DNA of 64,000 nt from Oculina patagonica (taxonomy: Eukaryota), in assembly GCF_052425735.1 (NCBI RefSeq), contig NC_135759.1:10230001-10294000 (forward strand), read 5' to 3'. Shown here piece by piece: positions 22,501 through 34,507 of this stretch (the first letter of the stretch is position 1; every line of letters begins with the position of its first letter). The notes below the pieces were generated by a model that worked only from the letters and a program-made list of their open reading frames with translations, ran no database searches and had not been told where the DNA came from. The position numbers and the translations under genes were made by a program.

Positions 22501-23831
22501 ATTGTTTGGTTTAATTTCACAGCCACGTTCCATATTTCTGTTTCTCGTATGACTCGAACAAGCGCTATAATGGAGATAATCTCAGCAATTTTATCCAATT
22601 AATTTAAATACCTTTTGAAAAGAGGTAAAATCCGAAGACCGACACGCAATTTGGTCATCATAAAGCACCTCAAAGGACGAAGCAATTACTTTAAACTTTT
22701 CCTTCAAAAATATGCAAAATGAGAGCAAATAAACTAAGTACACACGAATTTTCTCATGCGTATTGCTTTAAGATAGCTAAAAATATATCTTGCATGTTTT
22801 CCCTCACAAACACGGTATTTCAACACATTGCGGAAATGCTGAAACTGCGAACATTTCTCACTAATAAGGCGGCGTGCGATCTTGTAATTCTTTTAAAGAG
22901 AGCTCTGTTTTTGTTATTACAAAAAGAGATTATTCCGTAAAAGCTGTTGTTAATTTCCCGCTAAGAAATAATGACATTCTGGTTACGATTGACTTTCAGG
23001 AAACAGCTCAACGAAGATTTCTTGGTGCGGCGATCAGACCGTTCATGGCATGATGAAAATTCGAGCCCAGATTTGACCCTCGCGTTCACTGAGAAAAGAT
23101 ACCGCCCTATGATACCTATCTCGTAAATCCATTCAATGACTTAATTGTTACGTCTGGCTTATTTAGCAGAGATGACAAATCGCTTGGAATTGGGAAAGGA
23201 TACATATATGTCTATGTATAAATGCCTGAATCAAAAAATTTCCGCGACAAAAAGCCGCAATTTCCGAACAGATAGAAAAGCGTTTACACTTCAAATTACG
23301 TATGTACAAGCGAAGAATCCATGCCCCAAGATACGACGGGTGTTTTTGTTGGCTTTGAGCCTTGAAGAGGCTCGGATTCCCAAAAACAACGGCTTATAAA
23401 ATCATCTATAATACCCCAAGCAAGCACGTGTCACAGATTCCCTCTTGTAATGTAAAGCGACTTTGGTAATTATAGGGGATGAGCTGGGTAACATGTCATT
23501 AATAGGTCTAAAGGAACGCGCTAGAACACTATTTGAAATAATTGGAAGCGTGCTGGACACTAAAAGCTTCACCGCGCGCGCGACGGGGTGGAAACTTTAC
23601 TAAACTGTACCACAGAATACAGGGTGAAAAAATGTTCCGAACTGAAATTAAAGACCAGCTATTCGTTATCGCTCTATGATACAAGGTTACAGTACCACTT
23701 TATCGGGGAATGAATCTCAAACGCCGAATTCTTCGAGAATTGAATCGATGTTGCCATTCCTCATTGAAAGAAAGGGATCTCTTACCTGATAACAAAATCA
23801 GGACACCAACCAAGAGAATTGCTCTCCTCAT
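16544..23831 (-). CDS. Secreted five-Kazal-domain protein (serine protease inhibitor/agrin-follistatin-like), 361 aa; exons 23831-23786, 21973-21410, 17019-16544
   Basis: Signal peptide MRRAILLVGVLILLSVTEA; five (P/A)(V/I)C(G/A)SDxKTYxxxC...C...GxC-type domains; both introns phase 1 GT-AG; 46+564+476=1086 nt open; Lys/Arg-rich tail. Confidence 0.9.
17289..17897. mobile_element. TTAA-flanked (Kolobok-like) non-autonomous element in Kazal intron 2
   Basis: TTAA-AGGGGC...GCTCCT-TTAA (TSDs 17285-17288 and 17898-17901). Confidence 0.7.
17425..17653. mobile_element. MITE nested in the Kolobok-like element
   Basis: TIR tagacttcaaaacagtcg / cgactgttttgcagtcta; 9-bp TSD aagcgtctt at 17416-17424 and 17654-17662. 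Confidence 0.85.
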
Positions 23832-23955
23832 GTTGATGAACTTTGTGATTGTCTGTTGTAAAAACCGAGCGACCGAATCAAAACGCTGACAGAAAACCTC
23901 CGAGACGTGTCCTGCGCCGCGTACAGAATCGAAATGATCCTCGAATGTCACCCGC

Positions 23956-23967
23956 CTGGTTATTTAT
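23956..23967 (-). promoter_or_regulatory. Candidate TATA-like core promoter (ATAAATAACCAG) of the Kazal gene
   Basis: Lies ~125 bp upstream of the ATG; the same 12-mer lies ~134 bp upstream of the TGA-containing ORF. Confidence 0.4.
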
Positions 23968-26900
23968 CCAATCAAAAACGCGACCCCACCACCCTTAGGT
24001 GACCGTCTGTTACTCCATTCCATTCATTGCGATGTTATTAATTTAAACTTGGAGTGTTTTTTCTTGTGATAAGATCAACAAGGATCATACATGCGATGTA
24101 ATTATAAGGCGCTTTCCGCGATTTTCGTGAAGACAATTCCTTCTTACCCCCGGACCTGAATAGCCCTCCCATTTCGAGCGCTGTGGAATGTCATTGCAGA
24201 TTTTTGCGCCCTCTTAGGAAAGGTTTCAGGCTCTTCAAGAAAGCAACAAGTTTGTAAATCACCCCTTTGTGTCGCCATATGTAAAACAGGAGGTATTCGG
24301 AGCATGTTTGCGGAGGAAGGAGTATGTCAATCATCGCCCAATCGAGTGGCGCGAGGCTCCGGGCGGGAACATGAAAAAGGCCATTTGTCTGTCGCTAATG
24401 GTGTTAAAACCGAGTAAACAACCGGAACTTTAAATCACCGCACACATGTCATGTAAAAGACTTCTGGGTGATCAAAAATAACTTTTGCGTGTCTGTATCT
24501 TTGCCGGGGCTTAGATTTCTAACTGATTATGCAATTTTTTTCTTCTGAAATGATAGCATAGATTGCGACGTTGTGCTTTTGAGTGGTCAGTTTACTTTAG
24601 CACAGGTGAACTGCAAGAATGGCTAGTACAATATAGGCATACAAAAGAGAAGAGGGATCTTTTCCTGGACGACAGTGACTCACTCTTCGTCTTAACCCTA
24701 AGGATGCACTATTTTAAAATTTTTTGAATATTTTTTTTCAGTGGTCGATATCTTTGCACAATATTCGACATATTTTATGTCAGAGATGTGATCTCGCTTT
24801 GAGAAGATTACAAATTGACAACAAACAGCAGTTTATAGAATCGATATAAAAACTATAACTTTATTTAAGAAAGTCACTTTTGTGATCGCTTTTACAATCG
24901 AGAAAGTAACAAGGTTTTCTTCCTCTACTCAGTTCCAAAAAAGTAGTAATTTTTTGTATTTTATTTTTATTCTCTTCAGGAATCTTTTATAATTTAGTTC
25001 ACTTGCCCAAACTTTGATAAGGACGTACTCGACTCACTTTTTAAGTGTTCAGCCACTTTATTATAAAATTACCTAAAAATAATTCCAATCAACTATTTCT
25101 TAGCTTCAAGATGACGTTTTAATTGCATGCTCTCAACAAATATCTAAATGTTAATAAATAAAGATAATTGCCCATGACTACAAAGTAAATTTCAGCTGTT
25201 AAAGGTTTATTGATCCTTGACAAATTCCCCTGAAAATCTCATACATGCTCTCACGATTCGTGTGGTTGTAAGTTAAATGAGTTATAAGGTTACGCCTTGA
25301 TTCGTAATTTTGTTTAGTTTTCTTTCAAAATCTTTATAATTGTGCGGTTATGTGGTACGACACACCTTAAACATGTCGCCGGTGGTTACGCCGTTAAGTC
25401 CATAGGATATGGCACAAAAAATCATAATAAAAAGAAGGTGGGTGTTTTGTTGGTCAAGCTAAGGGCGCTACAGTGCGTTAATTGCATCCCTTGCTTCAAA
25501 CTTCTTAATGACTTTCTAAAAGTCGTTCGCTTCTCGTTTCCGGTTTGTAAGCAAGTCTATAGCGACCCTTGCGTTTTGAAATTACAGTTTTTTATTTTGG
25601 GACCGTATAAAAACGTTAAGTATTAGTATTTGAGTGCCAGTTTTCCCATTACATACTTACTTGCCTTATTTGTAACCAAGATCGAAACCAAGACACTCAC
25701 TTACGGGTTTATTTACATATGCATTTATGTTCTTTTTCTTGCTTAATTCCTTCTTTTTGGGTTATCAACTTAATCCCTCACTGGTTAAATTGCAACGTTA
25801 CACCACTCGTTTTTATTGCTAACAAAAGCGGAATCATGGTTGTATGGTTAAGATCAGAAAAAAACTGCCGCCAGAACATTTTTTCTGCGTAAATCAAGTT
25901 ACAACCCTATTAAACTTTGCCCTTCCGTTATTTCAGGATCTCTAGGATATTACATCTAGTGATACATTTAAATAGTTTTGTTCCTTTTTTCGCCTCCTCA
26001 TTGTACAAAGTACTTGAATGGTAAGATTAGTTACGTTTGGCTATTTGGTTGCTGGAGCCTTCAAATGCGGTTTCAAGAACGTTTTTCCTGTTTGTTTGTT
26101 TGTGTGGGAAACTGAAGGGGTAGCAGTATAAACTAAAATCTTTTCCTTCTTCCCTTGTTGTCCCCACATCCTTCTGTGGGCAACATTAAAGGAAATAGGT
26201 TGTGCAAATGATCAATCCATTTTTCTCAATCACGGAAAAAATAATGTTTTGGGTATCTTTTGACAGAAGATGAAAAATATAGGTTTCGTTTTTTTCAAAA
26301 AACGCTGAAAGGACATCGAATGCAAAAGGCATAGGTTTTATAGTAGTCTGTGTTGTAGTAGAGAGCGCTGAAACTTTGCAATCTGAGAAGACTACCGAGT
26401 ACACTACTGCGACAGTCAACGTGAAAATCTCAATGTCTACATTTATCAAGATGTGTTAAAAACAAAAGTCAAATGAATATTTTTTGGTAACAAACACATG
26501 CCAGCCACTGTCCCACAATTAGTAGATGAAAAATGGTTGTCGTTATTCTTGTTCTTGTTGTACTGATGAGGGTCTTGGTTGCGTGCTTCGCAAGTGCTAC
26601 GAAAATCACATGAATTTAACCCCATTAAGTCTAAACTATAAAAGACAAGAGCCCAAAGACCGCAAGCTTGCTCAGCGGAGACGTCCAACTGAGCTTAATT
26701 GAGCGGCTTTCCGCAAGCAACGGTATGTCCTGATTAACAAAGTTTCGACTTTTGCCGGCTAAAACTTGCTGGCTTTTCTAATATATATAGCATTCCATTT
26801 TGCGGTGTTTTCCCTTCCATCAAATCTCATCTTAAAATAATGACAGACTTTTTCTTCTTTTTTTTTTTCAAATAAGCTTCCAAGGTTATTACGCCGGTTA

Positions 26901-29900
26901 AAATTCCGGTAATTTCGCTATTTCCTTTCCGGGTTTCTTTGTGACCCCCAACCCTTTCTGCCATTTTAAGACCACGTTTACCATTAATGGACCATTGCAT
27001 TACCAACGTACAACAGTAGACATTTCAAGGGAGAGTTTTCCACCAAAATAACCAGCCTTTGCGTGACCTTTGTAAAACCGCCTAAATTGAAACACAAACA
27101 TGAAATGGGAGGCAGATCGTAGCATGTACTATTAGACAGCATTTAATAGCTGGACTATCACACCACTTTGATGGGGTCATTGGTTCGAGTAGCGTTCATC
27201 GCTCAGATTTTTGGAGACTTCCATTCCAACTGCTAACTTGTCATTAAAAACTGAGAAGCCTAATTTCAATAGCATAGCGTTGTTCATTCATTTCCTAGAG
27301 ATATCGTAATATTTTGGTAAGAAGGTTATATAGTTCTATTCAACTATTCAGTTACCTTTTCGGCGTAATATGAAGAGATTCTATTACGAGGCTACTTTAA
27401 AAAACGGTCCAACAATGACTTCTGTGGTTTCTTAAATTGTTTAATAAGTTATTTTAATTACAGATAAGTGAGTATATATAGACACGACTATTCAGGCACA
27501 GACAGAAAAAATCGTGGATTAAAACTGGGAGTTAATTTAATTAATTAATCAAATTTGATTAAGCCGTTTGTCACTAATCTCACAAATGTGATACAGGACT
27601 TTAATTACATTACAAAAGGCGTAAGCTGAGAACTTCAACACCAGTTAATCTACCGTTAACAAGATTGGATGATTTTACATCGATACTGTGGCGAACGAAC
27701 GTTTTCAACTTTTCGTGAGACACCGCAAAACAGCTAAATTTAAACTAAAAACCTATTTTGGATAATAATTTGTAATTTTCACAACAACAAAGACCTGATT
27801 ATTTTTCTTTTTCAGTTTGAATGGAAAAAGACATGTACAACTACTAGCTTTACAGAGGAACGCTATCCCTTAAGTTGCCAGTTTAGAGGAAAAGTCTGTA
27901 CAACGCACATAGTACAAGTCAATATGTTCGTCTTGATTCGCCGACGAAAGCAGATCAGAAGTATATAGGATCACTAACACAGCATAATCTTCTTGAAGAT
28001 TTGCGAAAAGTTATGCCTTTATTAAACCTCTCTTAGGTAACCTTAACAAATATCAATGGGCTAAAACTGACTTGAACAGTTGAGAATTATACGATTTTGA
28101 CTCAGTGAAATCCAGATGGAACTGAATTGCTATGTAGAGATGTGCGTACCATAGTCGACTGTCGAACGGTCTTCAGGGGTCTTAACTTGTTTTACCTGCA
28201 CCAGTAGAATTAAAAATAACCTGTTTGTTCGGTATTATAAGCTCAAACTGCGGCTTTGTAGCCACAGCCCCGGCTTGTAAGAATATCAACTATAATTTCC
28301 TTGCACTGATACGAGATTTACATTCTAATTAACCGTGAGAGGATCTTTGATGTCTTACATCCAATTAACAGTATAATTACAAGCGTTGAGAATAAAGTAA
28401 AGTGTATGTACACCTCATTACAATAACTTTGTCTTGTAAAAAAGAAAACTGAAAAAAACAAAAAAAAGGAATTATTGCAGAATTACTATGAGAAGGAAAA
28501 TTCACTGGTAAAAAATGGTATAAAAATTCAGTTTGCTTGCCTAATTAATTTCTATTTGTCTTTTTTAAATTCCTTTTTTCTATTAGGTGTACCATTAAAT
28601 TAGTAAAATTGGCAAAACGAACAGAAGAGAAGCTGGACGTTAACACAGCTAACTCTACAGTCCGCCATCTTAAATATCGTGCTCCGTCCAACGCCTGACG
28701 TCATATCCAAGATGGCGGCACCACAAAAAAAAAATAATAGTAATAAAGTTAACGAGCTAACCAGTTACAAAGTTTGTAATGCTATGACTAGGTTGTAAAA
28801 AGAAACAGAAAATAAGATACAAACAAGAAATAAAAAAGAAAGAAAGGAAAAAACACAGAAAAACAAACACTACCATTTAGTCATAGAATCGAAATTTGTA
28901 AGACATGTTTGATAGGAGCGAAGAGAAAATTAAAACACTAAGGCAACATTAGGCATAACTTCCAACCGCAGTTATTTCACTTTTCCATATTCGCGGAAAA
29001 AACCCGAAGGTTCCACGAAAGTTTACGAAATTATGTTAGTGAGAAAAATGGGCTGCACAATTCAACGTTGATAATACAAAGCGACAACTTTATGTGATCT
29101 TTTGTTATCAGTGAAAAACAGCATTAAGCTTTCGGTTATGTCACATTTATTGAGAATTTGCTCAAGTGGTAGTTTAAAGTGGGGTTATTCATAAATACTT
29201 TGAATACCTAAAGAGAAAATTCAGCTTTGCACCAAACAAGCAAATTCAGACAACTAAAAAGGGAAAAAGCATGTTACAGACATGGATTGTAGCGTTTATC
29301 TCTCAAGTTAGTTCAGTTCTTGCAATATTTTTATTGAAAAAACTGTGCCGGGAAATTCTTTTTGCTTCGAGGCAAATCTTTAACCCTGATCAATCGTATT
29401 TTCAGTCATCTGTTTGAAACTTGCGCTTTTCATTACAACACAGTCCCCTTAGTCTTGCATCGATCACCGTATAAATAATTATAAAGGGGAAATAAAACTT
29501 TTATTATGGTGGGCAATCACTGATAAGCATTGCAAAATCCGTCGACAGTGCGTTCTCTTTTGATCTTTCTAATCCGTTAATGACTTGCGCTATGAAAACA
29601 AATGTTACTTTCTCGCATCTGTAGTTTTTGTTATTCAAACAAAATGTGTTTTGCTTGTGGAAACTTGCATTGTTTCTAACTTGGGGTCATTGTAACTATG
29701 TTGTATATTTCACCCAGCCAAAAGGATTAAGGCTTGCAAGCACGCTATTGTTTTAGGGACACGAAAAAAAGTTGGGTAAACTTGAATGCTAAGCAGATTA
29801 AGGAATGTTATAATGGAGATTAGTGGTTGACAGGCAGATAAACGCCCACACTGATTGACTTGCTGCGATTCGACTGAAGGGAGAATAGCTTCTGAGAGGG

Positions 29901-31853
29901 CGATCGTCCAGTGAAGATAAAATAATTCAAAAGCCGGATGTTTAGAAACAACGTTTTTATCACGAAAGGAAACTGTGTTTAGTGCATACCAAAGGCTATA
30001 ATTTTATCACAGTTTTTTTTCTTTATCTAAAGGAGAGCCTGAGAACATGTCTCGATTAGAAATATAGTGGTTTAAATCATCATAGAATTTCTTCCATGTA
30101 TTAGCTTCAAAGGCAATAATCCAATAAAAATAACATAAGGTTATCTCATAGTATACAACTGATACCAGTCAAAAAATCGCTAATTAAAGTCACCAAGTTC
30201 TATCATCGGTATCTCGTAAGCCACACACGGTGATATAATGGATTTACAGAAGTCTCTCGAAATGCATTTGATATATCTAAGCAGGAAGCGCAAAGTTTTC
30301 TTATGGAAGCCGCAATTGCGATGGCTTTGTTTGTTTTGTGGCTTGCGGGTGCTTTGTCTTAATATCATCTCTACAAAAGTAACAAACAGAATGTTGTGTT
30401 TTCTTTTCAACTGTAAAACTTAACAGGGACAACGCTAAACAAGTTAAGCTAAGCTTACATAGCACGAATCGATTACGATTACATTAACCCTGTTCCCCAC
30501 CCCTGCATTTTTGTGAGAATGTCCTGCACAAATAGCCAGTACCGATATACGCCTGGGAGCGAACTCGCCCAGCACTCGAACTCGACCACTCTACCCAACT
30601 CCATTGAACACGCTAACCAGCGAGTCCACCGCGGTAATATCTGTCACTAATAAGAAGGACGGATAATTAAACTCTCGCTTAATGAAGAGAAATATTAGGT
30701 GGCTTTCAATTTCTAAAGAGATATAAACTGACATATGTTCACATCGAGCTTGGTTAATCGCATGCTTAAACCTTTAGATCATTTCCAAAGAATAAATTTT
30801 GTATTTTGAGATGAATAAAATCATGTAAAATGGACATTCAACTATTTATTCGTACAATAAAAACGCCAAATAATGATCGGCGCTTAATAACCAACAAACG
30901 CACGCTGCATGCATAGCACGAGCATCACGCAAACAAGAAACGAGATTCTGCACGTATCATATGAGTAGCATCTAAGGCCCGTTCCAAACGCCGCTCCACT
31001 CATGTGCCGAACCTAACTGGTGAATAAAGTACGGCAGAAGAGCGGCGTTTGAATCAGTTTGGTCCGGCACTTTTAATTAGGTTCGGCAAACAACGTTAAG
31101 TTCGACAGGGTCTGCCGCACTATGCGACATTGGAGCGGCGGCTGATTCTTACGGCGTTCTTGTCATGTGCCGAACCTAATGCATGAATTACTGTAATGTA
31201 TTTTCGATATAACAGCGCTCATGATTGGTCTAAAGTGGAGTGGCGTGACTAGGTCTGACCAGTCATGCATGAAGCACGACGGCACAAAATTCCGGGAAAA
31301 TTACTTCGCTCACCGGGCTCGCATTTTGTTTATCTTTTTTAATATGTTTCAGCTCAAGAGAAGCGGAACTTCGTGGGAAAATTGTTTTGGTGGTAATTCC
31401 TTTTTGCTGTTTCCCCACTTTGTGAGATCAAATTTGTAGATTAGCATTTACAAACTAATTCTCGAGAGAAAACCAGTTAAAATAATATAAATCTCGCGGA
31501 ATGAATTTGCTTTTCCGGAAATATTATTATTATAGCAAAACTTGCGTAATAGTTTGCTGATTTCGACTGCAAAAACCTTTTATCATCCTCAACGCAGACG
31601 TTCAGTCAATATTATTATTGTTAACGGCTTGTTTCCGCGAATTAAGAGGGTCCTGCTCTTAGAATCGCCTGTACATATGCAAGATAAATAAAATCGATTT
31701 TCTCAAACTTTGTCAGGATAAAGGCTTTTACTAACTTGTTTCAAAAATGTATCTTTGAGATTGTTTCGATTTTTATTTTTTTCGTCGAGACGACTCTTCG
31801 GATTTGGCCGCTCGAAGCGCCAAATTCGGCTCTAAAATACCACTTTTTTCGAA

Positions 31854-32242
31854 CATAGTGTTATATACCGGGGTAAAATCCCGATCGAGCGATCGCGGCG
31901 ACGACACCCGGGTCAAACCCCGAGAGAGAAGTGGAGAAACCAAGCGACGCCCCGCCCGGCAAGCACCGCGAGCGTTCGAGAAAGTCCGCCACCGAGCCAG
32001 GACCACGTCAGCCCGACCAGAGACCCAACGCTAAGGCCGTGCGACAGAGAGTGCCCCGAGGGACACAAATGAGTGACAGAGGAACGCTTTTTCGAGAGTT
32101 GCGCTGGCGGGCGCTGGCTGCGCCACCACTGCCTCGTGTGGCGGTGGTCGCGCGCGGTGTAGTTTCTCTGAGCGCCCAGGGGGTCGGATGTACGGCGTAC
32201 GAGGAGAGCCGCAGTGGAGGACCCCGGGGTCTAGACACTATG
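31854..32242. mobile_element. GC-rich MITE inserted in the left Sola3 TIR
   Basis: Termini CATAGTG...CACTATG with ~20-bp imperfect TIR; TSD tttttcgaa (31845-31853, 32243-32251); the empty site is visible in the right TIR at ~36280-36297. Confidence 0.85.
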
Positions 32243-33198
32243 TTTTTCGAAGGCGAGCATAAAAAATATGATCCGTAGCAGCAAAGGCTGGTACATAGTA
32301 TTAAAATATCATCTTTCAACAGTTATTTAACGCTCTCAGATCTGAATAAAATTTAAATCTGAATTTTTATCAAATTTTCAAAATTATACGCTTCGGCCAT
32401 GTTGCATAACGCTTAAATTTAGGTAAACTTCGTGAGCCAAAAAGTCAATCTGGTACATGGATTAGGCTGTCAAAACTATTTTTCTGAATAAAGGTATCAC
32501 TTCATCTTCGATTTTATCCGAAAACTAGATTAGGTAAATAAAACGGAAAAAATCGAGAGCGGCTTGAAAACATGACACTTGAGCTAATTACTTGACATTT
32601 TGACCTTTCATGTTGCGATTGTTATCGCACAGATTGATCTAGAAAGTTCGACTTTGGGTCTTATTCCCCGTAAAATAGTATTTTTAGTCTCCCAAATAGC
32701 CGAGAGAATTCATTTATTATGTTTCAGAGTCAAAATCAAGCCTCAAATGAGAATCTTTAGCACAAGTTTATTTTGAATTACCTCGCCGTTTGGCGACATC
32801 GGACAATGCACGCAATGAAAATATCATTTTATAAATCACAACCGATAAAAATCTTTCGTAAAACTCGAAGAATGGATAGTACACTAATTAAATAACATGT
32901 TTTCTTACCTCAACCGAGCGTATTTTGACGAGAAATGGTAGCACGGTTGCTGCCTTTGCTTGTACAAAGCGTTCGTTTGCAAGTTGCATATTTTCTTGTC
33001 ACCCGGATGTGTGACAGCGGTTCGCTACTTCCTGGTATCAAATTTCCCGATATTGCGGTACACGTGTTTGTGGGAACAAACGATATTGCCCTTGGAAAAC
33101 TGCTGTTGTTGTCTTGTTTTTAAAATTAACTTCCAACTGTGTTGTGCACACTTTGAAAAGCTGGGAAACTAGTAGAATTGTGCTTTAATTCACGATCA

Positions 33199-34507
33199 AT
33201 GGCTTCATGTGGTTTTGCCACACTTGTTGGAGGAGCGTGCGGATCCAGTGCCACTAATCCGGCTAATGTTAACTGTGTCGTTGTGGGAAGTTGCAAGAAA
33301 AGTATCTAAGGCCACCTGGGTGAGTCTGCCTTTTGGTCGAGCGTCGAGGGTGAGGGTACTATGTCGAGGGTAGAAAATTTTTCAAATGTTATCAAATTTT
33401 ACTTCTGAAGAAATAAACCATAACAAATTTAAAGCATCAGTATCACCGAAAAAAAATGAACCGTTTAAAAGGTACTGACTGTATTTTGTACACTGACATT
33501 TCTCTTTAACGTTTAGGCGCTCAGATAAGTGGAGAGACAGGTGGGAAAGTTAGTGAATAGCACGTGCTGGGCATCGCAACTCGTTTTTTAAAAAACTTGA
33601 ATCGTTCGAAAAAGCTAAAAAAGGTTTCATTTAGAACCCACAGAAGGCATTATTTTACCTCATACGAATAATCCCATAGCAAAACAGTCAGTGCATCTAA
33701 AAGACACCGAGAAATATAATCCGACAGGCGCAGAGTATAGAACAGTCGAGGCAATGGCTTGTTTTTACTGTCACGCCACGAAAAGTAAAACCAAAACCAT
33801 TGAGTCAAAAAATCGAGAATTTGCCGGAAATGCTGTAAAAAATTTCTTGATCATCTACTTGTCGAGCGAGTCTCAGGTCAGTACAGTATTCCGTACTTGA
33901 GTTATCCGTGAAAATGTTTCACACAAATTCAGGATGAGCAATTTTTTAAACATACGTAACAGCTTTCTGGCTGCCATCTTGATGTCGGATGGCGTGAAAA
34001 CTCTTAAATAAATGAATGGATGAATGTTGTTTTCAGTGGACTGGCTTAGGGAGAAAGACAGGAGACATCCTCGTGGGCTTTTACAAAGTAGTCCCCCTCT
34101 CCTGTACTTCAAAGATCAATGGCACTTCTCAGCCGAAAACCTTCTACAAGATATATTCTTAAGGCGTCTCATAATCACAAATAAAAGAAAAACAATTCAG
34201 GACTTTGCGATTTTTGTTAAATTTTTTCACAGGTACACGAGAATATATACACTTACTACCATTTTTATTTTTAGTTAATAATAAATTTATAAGTAATTAG
34301 CAAAAATATTTATATTAAAAATATAATAAAATTATTTTTAATGGAAAATATGCCCTCGACCCTACCCTCGACTTAATACCCTCACCCTCGACAATTTACT
34401 CTCGACCCTCGACCCTCGACCGAAAGGCAAACTCCACCTGGGTACCTACCGTGTTATTGGAGACTCTCTATTAGATTGTGAGGCGAAACTCGTACTCTCT
34501 CGAGCAG
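33199..34507 (+). pseudogene. Disrupted first exon of a Sola3-type transposase
   Basis: MASCGFATLVGGACGSSATNPANVNCVVVGSCKKSI*GHLG|TYRVIGDSLLDCEAKLVLSRA then gtaag donor. One stop codon; split by the 33322-34434 insertion. Confidence 0.6.
33322..34434. mobile_element. Mutator-like non-autonomous element with 9-bp TSD
   Basis: TIR gagtctgccttttggtcgag / ctcgaccgaaaggcaaactc with subterminal gtcgaggg/ccctcgac repeats; perfect TSD cacctgggt at 33313-33321 and 34435-34443. Confidence 0.85.

Noticed and set aside
26186-26688. ORFs conserved between array copies (also 30180-30423, 39754-39991 and their paralogues)
   Set aside because: Conservation reflects recent duplication; most lack ATG starts or recognisable domains, and frames break in the older copies.
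31773-32319. GC-rich ORF cluster suggesting a CpG-island gene or foreign DNA
   Set aside because: Coincides with a TSD-flanked 389-bp MITE.
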